Assembly: GCA_004431415.1 (NCBI GenBank)
Contig: QPMI01000514.1
Coordinates: 186,001 to 250,000 of the forward strand
Length of the DNA: 64,000 nucleotides
Origin: Cyanophora paradoxa CCMP329
Lineage: Eukaryota > Plantae > Glaucophyta
Direction of reading: 5' to 3'
Every line of letters starts with the position of its first letter. The first letter of the stretch is position 1. Both the position numbers and the translations under genes were made by a program. Below the pieces are notes generated by a model. It ran no database searches, was not told the DNA's origin, and saw only the letters and a program-made list of their open reading frames with translations. Below, piece by piece: positions 1-10,900 of this stretch.

Positions 1-1494
1 GGATTTGCACCTCAAGCATTGAGGGCGGGGGAAGGGGAAGGGAATGCGCACCCGAAGCTGCCCAAGCGCATGCCCCGGAGGGTCTTGTTCAGGCCGCGGA
101 GCCTCTCCGGCGCCACCTTGAAGGCGCTCACCTGAGATGGGATTTTAATGGACGGGCACAGGTTGGGAAAACGGAGTCGAAGGGGGTACGGGCCCGCTGG
201 GTGGTGACGGCGCGCTTGTCCTTGGTACCCGCGTAGGAAAAGGTCTTCGGGGTGACCCTGGAGGGGTACAAGGGTCGCACCCGGGCGCGAGAGAGGGAAG
301 GCGGGTACAGAAATTACACACTGGAGCAGGCGGCAGAGGAGGCCAATCGCGTCCATCGTGTCACGGTTCTCCTGCGGCCAAGAAGAGGGGTAAGCCGCGA
401 TTCGAGCCAGGGCCCATTCCCCTGCCCGGTAAGCCCCCGTACCTTATAGAGGGCGAACGTCACGTGCTCTCCGTTCGCCCAGCGCGGCCCGGCTGCGAGC
501 GGGGTACAGTGAGCGCGGGCGTCGGGTTCAGAGGGTGCGCGGCATCGCGGGAGCGCACCCTCCTGCTCGCGGCCGCGCTTCTGCCCGACCCCGGCGCCGG
601 GGCCGAAGCTCCCGCCGGCGCGCTTGTCCACGACTCCCACTCGGGCCCGCACGCACCTGCGCCCCGCCCCGCGTTGGATTCCGAGGGGGTAGGGGGGTTC
701 CCGTGGGGGTACGCGGCTCTCACTTGGCCTTCTCCCCGGCCGCCGCGCCAGGGGGGTCCACGGTGTCAGTGACGACGCCGGGGTACTGCGCCTTGATGAC
801 GTTGTGGAGGGCACCCCGCTTCGCCTTGTCCGCCGACGCCTGCGCGCGGGGCTCCCGTTGGGACTTGGCATGTTGAAGCTACAGCTGGGACGGCGCACGG
901 AGAAGATGAAGGGATCGGATTTGGCGCCGGGCTTTGTCGCCCAGGCAGCGAAGCGACCGGCCTCCTCCTCGCCCACGGCCGCCACAAGCTCCGGGGCCGC
1001 CTGCGGCTTTGAGTCCTCCGGATTCGATCCCGTCTCGGGCTCTCCGCTGCCGGCCGCGGGCTCGCTGCTGGCCGGCGCTGCGGCTGCCTGCGCTGCCGCG
1101 TCCTCGTCGAGCTTACGGCGTCGGGCCGCCCGCTCCTGCAGATCGGAGCCGCGCTCGAGCTCGCCCGCGCATTTGCTCGCGCCCCGCACGCGCGGCGGGT
1201 GCGAAAGCGCACCTGATCAACCTCGGGCAGGTCGAAGGACGTGAGCCGCACGACGCTCCCGCTCGGATCCACCTCGTGAACGATGAAGTCGGAATACGTA
1301 CGCGCTGGTCAGGGACGAGGGAGCGGCGCGCGGGCGATCGAGCGAGCTCTTTCAAAGCGGAGCAAAGGATATCTCTGCTTGATGATGCCGCGGAAGCCCG
1401 GGAGGTCAGGGTTTAGGAACGCCGTGATGCCGACCGAGTCCTCGGTCGGCGTGTCGAACGACGCCGCCGGCTGTGCTGGTGCCGTGGTGGCCAT
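1..1494 (-). CDS. PUS7: Pseudouridine synthase 7 (TruD family), multi-exon; 3' part runs off the left edge
   Basis: Spliced peptides: MATTAPAQ...EDSVGITAFLNPDLPGFRGIIKQR|YSDFIVHEVD; VTFALYK..NRDTMDAIGLLCRLL; KTFSYAGTKDKRAVTTQ (~198-248, TruD GxKD catalytic-Asp motif). ATG taken at 1494; an upstream extension is not excluded. Confidence 0.93.
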
Positions 1495-1744
1495 GGTGAC
1501 GAAGATGGCGCGTCCGGAGAAGAGCTGGGCAGACGCAGGGCGCCCGGGCAGCGGGGATCGGCTGGCGAGGGCTCCGGTCCGGCGGGGGCGGAGGTGACCG
1601 ACGCCGAACGCCGCGTGAAGCGTCCGCGCGTGCAGTCTCGAAAGATCAAGCAGCAGCAAGCCCCCCAGTTCCAAGAACAGGCAGCAAGGCAACTGTACCC
1701 GGGAGCCGATCGGGCTTGTTGCCCAGCAGACACGGCCGGCCGCG

Positions 1745-4700
1745 ATGGCCGATCCATCGTACGCCGCACAAGCTGCGGCACAGCAATGGGGCGCGTACGG
1801 CGGTGAGCCCGCCGATCGCTTGGGAACCACGTCGAGCCACGCGCGTCTCCTGACCACCCCGCGTGCTTTCGCGAGCAGCTTACTATCAATGGGGACCAGA
1901 CGGGATGCCGCCGATGCCTCCAGGGATGCCTCCGATGCCTCCCATGTGGCAGAACCACGGCGGCCCGCCCCCGCCGCCTCCGCCGCCTCCTGAAGCGATG
2001 CACCACGCTCCGGTACGCTTCCAGTGGCCGCGGAGCGGTCGCGCTCGCGCCGCCCACAGCCCGCGCCCAGGCCGGCCCGCATCACGACGAGGCGGCTCCG
2101 GAAGCGGGCGGGCGGCGCACTGCGTCGCGAGCGGCGATGGCAGCGCGCACGCGGAGCCGCGCCTCGGACGCGCGGTGCGTCCGGCTGCCCTGCGCGTGCG
2201 CGGTCCCGCGGGTCGCGGCCCGCGCCGAGGCCCCCGCAGGCCAGAGGAGAGCGCGGCGTCGGCTATGGCGAGCAGCTTTCTGGCGGATCTCGCGGGGGAA
2301 GGAGGGCTGGACGGGCCGGCGCAGCCCGAGCGCCCCAGCGGCGCGCTCGACGCCCGCGTCCGGGAGCTCATGGAGACTCCGTGCGCCCCGTCCCCAGGCC
2401 GCCCGCGAGCCACGTGCCTCGTGCCGCCCTGCGCTCTCAGCCTTATACGCGCCACATCGCAGCGAGGGCAAGGCGCTCGCGGATCGAATCGCGAACCTGC
2501 GGCCTCTGCGGCTGCACAGGGCCCGTGCCCACCCGCGCGCCGGCGAGGGCGACAGCGATGTGGAGGACCGGGGGTACCGCAGCGACGGCAGCGCCATCGC
2601 AGGTTGGTTTCCATCCCCCTAACCTCTCCGCCCTTGCTCTTTCTACCCTCCGCCCCGCGTCCGCCCGGCTTAGCTCCTTCGAGCAGAGCCCCAGGAGGGA
2701 ACCGTGGACGGGTACGCGTGGATGCGGCCGCTGGAGGAGTACCTCCGCGTACCCTCCTCGTCGTCCTCCGTCATCTCTGCTCCCCCCCGCCTGTACAGCG
2801 ACCTACCCCAGGAGCCCTCTGCCTCCTCCCCGGGAGGGGACCGCCGCGCACTGCGGCGAAAGGCCATGGAGGCGTGCTTTCGCGTACCCCCCTCCCCCGC
2901 ATCGATCTAATCGTACCCCCAGGCGCTCCGCGTGAACATGGTGGTGAGGGGGGAGGTCGTTCGGAGGGAGCAGACCTACGTTCAGATCCAGGCGGGCCCC
3001 GTTCCGCTGTGGCTGTCTTCCCCCCCTCCTGATTGGGCGCCGCCAGGTGCTGCGCGTCTGCTCGAACGTGGCGGAGGCCGAGCTGGGCCCCCAGTCCAGC
3101 CCCGCCACCCCCGGCGGCGCCGCCGCCGCCCCCGTCGTCGCTGTCCTCCGCCAGATCGCCGAGCTCGACATCCGGGTACCCCCCTCCCGTCCACGTTCCC
3201 CCCTCGATCTCACCGGATCATCCCCCCCCTCCCCCGCCCCGTCCAGGGCATATGCCACGTGTCGGAGATGGGGGATCAGAAGAAGAAGGGCGAGAAGCGG
3301 TCGGGGTACCACGTCGGGCAGCACGTCAAGGGTGCCCCCATCCCTTCCCCCCTCCCTCCCTCCCCCCAATACGGAAGACGCCAACGAGGCGGTACCCCCC
3401 GCGTGCAGCGCTGGTGATCTCGGTGGAGGCGGGGCAGGAGCGGCTGACGATGTCGCTGGACAACGCCCGCATGGGCGCCCTCGCCTTCTCCGACCCCTCC
3501 CTCCGCTCCCGCCACGCCCTCGTCTCCCCTGCCCCTCCCGCCCCTCCTCCTCCCCCCCTCCTGATCCGCCGCGCAGGGCGCGTGCGACTCGGACGGGAGC
3601 GACGACGAGGCCGGCGGGCGCTCCTCCTCGCGGCGGGCGGCCGCCGGCGCCGACGCGTGCGCTCCGCCTCCCCGCGCTACCCCTCCCTCCCGCCCCGCCC
3701 GCCCCTGACGCCCACCCGCAGATCCCAGAGCTTCAACGCGACGCTGTGGGCGGACCCCGGGTTCGACAACCCGCACGGCCTCGAGTGCATGGTACCCCCG
3801 CGCCCCCGCAGGCCCCCCTCGAATCGCACCCGCACGGGTACCGATGCCAAGCGCGCCCAGCTCCACTCCATGGATCTCGAGCCGTACGCGTCCCTTCGGC
3901 TCGACCACAGCCGCTACGACCCCGAGTGCGTGTACCCTTCCCCCCGCGTCCCGGGGCGCGCGCGCCGCCGACGAATCGCGTACCCCCAGGGACTTCGAGG
4001 ACCGGCTGCGGGACGTGCAGAACAGGGACTGGGCCTCCGAGAGGCGCGCGCGGCCGTACCCCCTCGGGCCCCGATTGCCCCTGACCCCGTACACCAGCGT
4101 CAAGAGGGGCGTCGCCTTCGCGAAGGAGGGCAAGTACGCGCACGCGATCAAGTGCTACGACCACGCGGTACTCTCTTCAAATCCCTCTCGGCGCCACCTC
4201 CCCCTGTGACTCTCTGGGGGGTACGCGCAGCTGGAGATCGACCCGCGCTGCGCGAGCGCGCACGTGGGGCGCGGCGCGGCGTTCGCGAACCAGAGCAAGC
4301 TCCTCGAGGCCATCCGCGAGTTCGAGAGGGTACCCCCGAACCCCTCACCGGACCCGGTACCCCCCTTGATCCCCCGCAGGCTCTCCGGCTGGACTCCGAC
4401 GACCCCAACGCGAACAAGTACATCGCCGCCACGAAGCGCAAGGTTCGGCTCCGCGCGGGGCCCCTTACCCCCGCCGCCGCCCCCCGCCCTCACGGGGGCG
4501 CAGTACTTCGAGGAGACGGGCCGCGTGGTGGAGACGCGGGACCACCGGAAGGAGCGGGACTCGAACCCGGGGCCCTCGCCCTCGCCCTCCTCCTCCTCCG
4601 CGCACCGCGACCGCGAGGAGAGGCGATCGGAGGCGGCGCCGGCGGAGGCCCCGGCGCGGCGCGCCGCCGGCAGCTCTCTCTCAGCGGCGGCGCACTCGTC

Positions 4701-5386
4701 GGCCCCCGCTGCGGTTCCCGCGCGGGCCCGCTCGCGCTCTCCGTCCGATAGCGGCGGGGGCGGGGGCGGCGGGGGAGGCTGGGGCGGGGGCGGGGGCGGG
4801 GGCGAGCGGCAGGGCGACCGCGGCGCCGCGGCGGAGGCGGAGGCGTCGTCGGCGGCGGGCGCCCCGCGCATGTCGGAGCTCGAGCGTCTCAAGGTCCGCC
4901 GGATCGAATTCGGATCGAATTCGACTCGAAGGGGGTCCTCGCAGGCGATCCTGAAGGCGGAGAGGAGGAAGGAGCGGAAGGAGCGGAAGGAGCGGCGGCG
5001 GAGGGAGAAGAAGCGGCGGCGCAAGGAGCGCGAGGGAGGCAAGAAGAAGCACAAGGCGCGCCGGCCCCCAGCGCTGCGCGCGCGCGAGCGGCCGGCTCGA
5101 GCCGGCGCTGACTGTGGCGGCGCAGAAGAAGAAGAGGCGGGGCAGCAGCAGCAGCAGCAGCGGGGGCAGCGGGTCCGAGGCCAGCGGCTCGAGCCGCAGC
5201 CGCAGCCGGAGCCGGAGCCGCAGCCGGAGCCGGAGCCGGAGCAGGAGGGGGGGCGACAAGGGGCGGGATCGGGATGGCTCGGGGGGGGAGGGGGCGGGGA
5301 GGGGGCGCGTCTCGAGCCCTCCCCCGGCGCCGGGCGCCGCCCCGGCCCCCCCCGCGCTCCCGGCCGGGGAGGGCCAACTGCAGTAG
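1745..5386 (+). CDS. TTC14: TTC14-like protein: Pro-rich N-terminus, S1 domain, TPRs, Lys/Arg- and RS-rich tail; multi-exon
   Basis: S1-like LRVNMVVRGEVVRREQTYVQIQ|VLRV...GICHVSEM...YHVGQHVK|ALVISVEAGQERLTMSL; linker NATLWADPGFDNPHGLECM; TPRs SVKRGVAFAKEGKYAHAIKCYDHA|LEIDPRCASAHVGRGAAFANQSKLLEAIREFER|ALRLDSDDPNANKY; SRSRSR tail, TAG at 5384-5386. Domain order matches TTC14. Confidence 0.82.
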
Positions 5387-5825
5387 CAGGAATGTCTCGC
5401 TTGCCGCAGTGCCGCCCCGCAGTCACGGCGCAGTGCGCTCAAACCGACCCACCAGCTGCAGTGGCCACCACTGGCAACGCCCACCATTCGGCCGCCGCGG
5501 TCGCTTGCTTGCCAGGTTTTCTGCGTCAAAGCCTCGAGTTGAATTTAGTAAGCTATAAGCACCATCGCCGCGCCATTGTCGGCCCATTGATCGAATGCTC
5601 AATTGCCGGCGCATGCGCAATTTTAACTTGCCGCTCCGAGGCTCCCGGAGTCCGATCCGCGCGCGGCGCTGCGAAGCCTGCGAAGCCTGCGATAGCTAAG
5701 CTACTCTCCCCAGGGGCCAGGGGCCCATGGCCAGGCCTAGGACTCCAGCTTCTCGCCCCCGAGCGCGGCGCCGAGCTCCCGCCGCCTCCCGGGCCCCGGC
5801 CCCCGGCCGCCTGCGCGCGGGGGAA

Positions 5826-6002
5826 GCAACTTGCCACTCAGTTTCTGAATTCATTCATCCCGGCGTACGGGTACCGGCCGCCGCAACCTTGGCCGGGGAA
5901 GTTGGCCCGCAACTTGGGCCGCAACTTCCGGCCCGCAAGTTGCCCGCAACGGCCGCGTTTAACATTCCGCAAGTCGAGAGTCGAGCTTTGCCACCGGTAC
6001 CC
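5826..6002. repeat. Cluster of GCAACTT/AAGTTG motifs in both orientations with a 9-bp inverted repeat; possible MITE-like relic
   Basis: gcaacttg, gcaacctt, aagttgg, gcaacttgg, gcaacttcc, gcaagttgc within ~150 bp; gggtaccgg (~5869) and ccggtaccc (~5994) are reverse complements. Confidence 0.35.
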
Positions 6003-6346
6003 CCCGGCTCATTCTGAGCCCGCATCTTTGGAAAAATTTTAAGCATCCGGCCAGCACGCGCATCTTCGATCCCCGGCCCGCATCCCGGCGCGTGGCGGGA
6101 GCACGCCAAGCTTAAGCCAGCTAGAACACCAGTGTTACTCGCGCAGCAGCGGCGGCGCACGCCAGCAGCAAAGCTTTAGGTGGCGCCCCCACAGATCCGG
6201 CATCCGAATCTTTAGCAGCACGCACGCGGCGGCTTGGCTCCCGCACAGCGCATGTGTGAGGCGATCGTAGACGCTTCTCTAGACCCCTTGAGGTGCCTGC
6301 TGGCGCTCCCAGCGCCCGCGCGCGCCGGCGCCCGGCTGGGCCGCAT

Positions 6347-6352
6347 TATAAA
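6347..6352 (+). promoter_or_regulatory. Putative TATA box
   Basis: TATAAA in a GC-rich context ~70 nt upstream of the ATG at 6422. Confidence 0.5.
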
Positions 6353-6421
6353 GGAGCGCTGGCTGATTCGTCACTTCCCTGCAGCGAGCCGCTGTCGAAG
6401 CTGACGACGTCGGAGAATAAG

Positions 6422-7299
6422 ATGACTTGCGGCAACTCGCCCACAGCTGCGTACGGACTCACGTCGGACCGGCCAGAACGCGCCAAGCGGCGCAGTTTCG
6501 TTCGGATGTCTCCCATCAGCGACGGCGCGGAGAGCGCGGACGGCGTGAGCAGCTTGCGTTTGAATCTCGCGGTGTGCGGGGTCCTAACGCGCGCCGCGCG
6601 CTCAGGAGTCTGCAGCTGCCCGGGCCCGCGCCCAGTTCCCGACCACGATCGACCTGGACGAGGAGCCCGAGTGCATCTTCGGCGGCATGGACGGGATGTC
6701 GTTCGCGCTGCGCGGCCGTACCCCTTGGATCGCCTCGCGAGGCCGCTGCCGCGGGGAGACCCACTCTGCGGGTCAGCCGATGCGATCAAATTTGATCCCG
6801 CGGCCGCCCGCCGCCCCCGGGATCTCGCTGACGGCCGATCGACCGCAGACGTGCGCGTCGCCGTGTGCCACTCGATGGGCCCCTCCGTCTCTCCGCTCAC
6901 GACCAAGCCGGCCCCGGCCCCGGCCCCGGCGCCGGCCGCTGGCGACCCGTGGGAGCCGCGGCTGGGCGCCGCCCCCTACGTGCCGCCCAGGCCGGCGCCG
7001 GCCTCCGCCGCCGGCGCGGCCGCCGCGGACCCCTTCGCGAAGGGCGCCAAGTCGCCCTTCGAGCCGGACGACGAGTCGCCCGAGGCGCGGCCGCGGCCGG
7101 CGGGGCCGACCCGCGCCCGCGCCGCCACCTTCCCCCGCTCCGCGGCCGGCGACAGCGACTCGCCGCCGCCCCGCTCCAACCCCGTGCGCCGCGCCCGCCT
7201 CCCCGCCCGCGATCGCGAGGCGCGGCCTCTGACGCGCCGGGGCCCCAGATCCCCATCCCCAGGAGGCGCCTCACCAGCGAGGACTCCAACTACCTCTAG
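6422..7299 (+). CDS. Orphan, largely disordered Pro/Ala-rich protein (4 exons)
   Basis: MTCGNSPTAAYG...DG|ESAAARARAQFPTTIDLDEEPECIFGGMDG...HSA|DVRVAVCHSMG...RSNP|IPIPRRRLTSEDSNYL*; three GT-AG introns keep the frame; TATA upstream and AT-rich 3' flank. Confidence 0.6.
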
Positions 7300-7979
7300 C
7301 CACGAACGCCGCAATCGCAACCCCGAATCAAGACCTCGCATCCCCCGCAGTTTAACGACAGTTCTTCTTACTAGTGCCTGTTATTCCAGCAGTTATTTTT
7401 CATCTCCTTGTTTGCTCTCCCTTCATTATTTATAACGTATTGTATTGGAGTCTTCCAGGCGCCGGCGGCCTGACTATCTTCCGAACCTAGGCTAGTCATT
7501 CGGACCTATTCCGTTTTCCATCATGGCATCCCCGCGAGCGGGGACCGGACCCGGCTTTCGAATTCAGGCTTGGACCGGGTTCTACATGTAGTTGCAGTGA
7601 TACGTAGCTATAGCGTTGCAGTGATACGTACGCGAATTGATGACCTGTCCAGTGATAGTGTCCGACGCGTTTCGAATTCTGATCTGGCGAAGATACTCGT
7701 CCCGGCCCGGCCCCTTTCAAGTGTCTCTTTTCGTCACACCGTAAGCGTGTGCAGTGCACCGTGCATCATTGCGGCGCAAAGCCCGCAAGAAGCATCTCGG
7801 TTTACTTTGAATGAACTATAAGCTAATTTCAATGTACACATGTACATGTACATGTAGGAAAGGACGCGCTCGCATGTACATGTACAGTTCTGCATCCAAG
7901 CCAGGGGCCTATAGCGAGCTAGGCCTGGGCCTGCTTGAAAGCCGCTCACCAAGGCTCGATCGCCCGCCATGATGCCGCG

Positions 7980-10900
7980 TCACCGTCGGCTGGGGCCGGG
8001 GCCGGCGTCTCCAGCGGCGGCGACCCGCGCGAGGTCGTTGCGCACGCGGCGCCCATAGTCCACGCCTGCCGCGCCGCCCCCCCGCCCGGGACCGGGCCCG
8101 AGGCGGTGAGGCGAGGCGAGGTGAGGGGGCTCATGATCAGCGCGCGGGGGAGGCACCTTCCACGAGGAACGGGCGGCCGCGGTTCCACGGCACCGCCTCC
8201 TGCGCGCCGCCGCACTCGCGAGTCAGCCCGGCGGAGGGCGCTGGCGAGCGCGGGGGCCGGCTCGGGCTCGAGCTCAAGCTTCAGGCCGCGGATCCGGAGC
8301 AGCGCGCGCTGGTGCGCACCTGCCAGCGCCCGATCGACTCGAGTACCATCTCCGAGAGCTCCCTGCGTACCCCCCGGAGGGGACAGTCACGTGCATTTCG
8401 CCTGGAGGGAGGCGGCGGGGTGCGGTCGCACCGGAAGCGGGCGGAGGCGGCGCCGCGGGGCCGCATGGCGCCGGCCTGGCGCTCCTGGACCTCCTGCGGG
8501 GGACGAGGCGTCAGCTGCCGCCCGGCCGGGGCCCGCGCCCCTCTCCAGCGACCGGGCGGCTCCGAGAGGGGCGCCAGCGCCCGGGAGGGAGATCGCACGA
8601 GCCTCGAGGAAGGCCTCCCGCCAGCGCACGTGCTGCCGCGCCCGGGCCCCCTGCGCGCGAATATATATATTTTGATCGGACTCGAGGCTCGGGTGATCTG
8701 TGAGCGTGGGGAGGGGGTACCGCCTCCCGTAGCGCCAGGGCCCGGTCGACCTCGTCGCCGATGAGCAGCGTACCCCCCGGGGCGGCCCGCGCCTGGCCCA
8801 GGGGCGCCGCGTCAGTAAGCGCGAGGGCCGAGCAATCGCGGAACCGAGGGGAGTCGAACCCGGGAGAGCTCTTTGCGGAGGCGGGCCTGCTCGGCGGGGG
8901 GGTACTCCAGCTCGTCCCAGAGGTTCTCGAGCCTGGGGGCGGGGGATGAGGGCGTCGACCAGCGCTTCTGGAGGAACACAGTTCTAAGCGATCGAGGACC
9001 TTCGGAGGGTCGCCTTTTGTGCCCATATTTCAGCTTCTGCTCGGCACGTCAGCGCCGAAGCAGAACCGCAGAAACCGAAGGAACCGGACGGAATCGAACC
9101 GGCGACGGGGCCGGTGGCGAGGTTGGCGTGCCTCGCGGCCATCACCTCGTAGGCGGGGAGGGGCAGGGCGTCCCTCCCCTCCGCCTCCGCCTCCTCATCC
9201 TCCTCGTGGCCCCTGGGAGAGGCGGGCGCCTGCAGCGGGTCCTCGGCGCGCGGCTGCTCCTCGCCGCTCGCCATCGCCCCCGGCGGCGGGGCGGCGGCAT
9301 CGGAGGCCGGCGCGTCTCCCGCACTCGCCCGGCCCCCGCCGATCGCGAGCGCGGCCGGCGCCTGGGGCCGCTGCGGGGAGCCCTGGCGGCGGGGTTGCCG
9401 CTCCCGCCTGACGCCCCCGATCCCGAGCGAGGCACCGCCGTCAGCGCCTCTGGGGAGGGGTACGCGCTCGGCGCGCACCTGTCCCCCGGGTCGCGAGGGG
9501 GGTGCAGCCTTGCTGCCCAGCTGGAGCCCGGCCGCTCCGCGCCACGCCCCTGCCGCAGCTGAGCCGGGGGCCGCTGGGGGGTACGGCGAGCAGACCTCCC
9601 TCCCCGCAGCTGCAGGTGCGGCCGCTGATCCTCCGCCGCCGTAGAGGCGCGCGGCGGCGGCGGCGGACCCCGCCGCCGGCTTCATGCGGGAGCGCCTCTC
9701 GGAAGCGCTGCGCAAGGCGGCGGCGTTCGGGCGGGGGCGAGGGCGGGCACCAGCCTCGCGGCCTCGCGCGCGCCCCCGCGCGCACCGCGTCTTCGGGGCG
9801 CGCCCCGCAGGCGGCTCGCCGGGGAGGAGGCCCGGGGCCGCCCCCGCCGCCGAGTCCAGCAGCGTCGATATCTCCCGCGACCTTGCCGAGGAAAGCTTCA
9901 GAGCGGGCCGGGGGGTACAGGAGAAATAATAGAGAGGGGTACAGCTGCTCCGAGTCGCGTGAAGTGGACGGGTCGTAGCTGGCGTTCAGGCGCGGGACCG
10001 CTTGCGCCCAGTACCCGTCCCCCGCGTCCGGGGGCGCCGGGGGCCACGAGGAGTTGACGCCGTACCCCTCTCCATCCCTCTTCCGCCTGGCGGCGGCCGG
10101 CCGGCTGAGTGGCATGGGGCAGGGCACGGTCGACCTGGGCGACCCGGGGCCGTCCCCACCCTCGCGGCCGCCCCGCCCGCCGGCCGCGGGCCTCGAGTCG
10201 CCGGCCTGGCGCCGTGGGCCGGTCAGAGCGACGGCCAAGGGCGGACGCGGCGCGCGCGGACCGGCGCCTGCGTGCTCTTGTCTGCAGTGGACGCCGCTGC
10301 CTTCGCCACAGCTGTCGTCGGCGTCGACGGCGCGCCGGCCCCCTCGCCGCCCCCCGAGCTCGAGGGCTCCTCCGCCGACAGGAGCCGCACCTGGAGCAGC
10401 GGCTCGGCGGGCTGGGAGCCCCGCTTCAGCGGAGGGGGCGGGCCGGGGCGCGCACCATGCGCGCGACCTCCGCCTCCGCGACCCGCGCGAGCTCCCCGTC
10501 CTGCAAGGCAAGTCTAAGCCGGGCGAGGGGACGGGGCGGTAGGGGGCGGACGGGGGCGTCGGCGGCGCGGGACTGGAGCTCGAGGTAGGAGCCGAGGGCC
10601 TCCCGGTGCCGCCCCCGCCCCGCCTGCATTCCTGCCGCCCCGCCCCGCCCCCGCCGCCGTTAGTTATAGGGGCGCGGCGCTCGCCGCGGACGGAGCGCGA
10701 GGCTGGCTGCAGGCTCCGCCTCTCATCCATATTCCATCCCATCCGATATTTATGATTGGGGAGGGGGGGAGGGGGGGGGAGGGGGGGGGGGGGGGGGGCG
10801 GGGGGGCACCGGCGAGGGCGCGGAGGGCGTGGAGGGTTTCCGGGTGCGCGGGGCCGAGCGCCTCCCTCCGCCCCGCAGCGCCCGCTCCAGCAGCGCCTGC

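Noticed and set aside
10757-10806. Long poly-G/poly-C tracts (also ~16354, 24930, 29860, 47176, 56770, 63600)
   Set aside because: Intronic low-complexity runs whose lengths may be sequencing artefacts; no specific function supportable.
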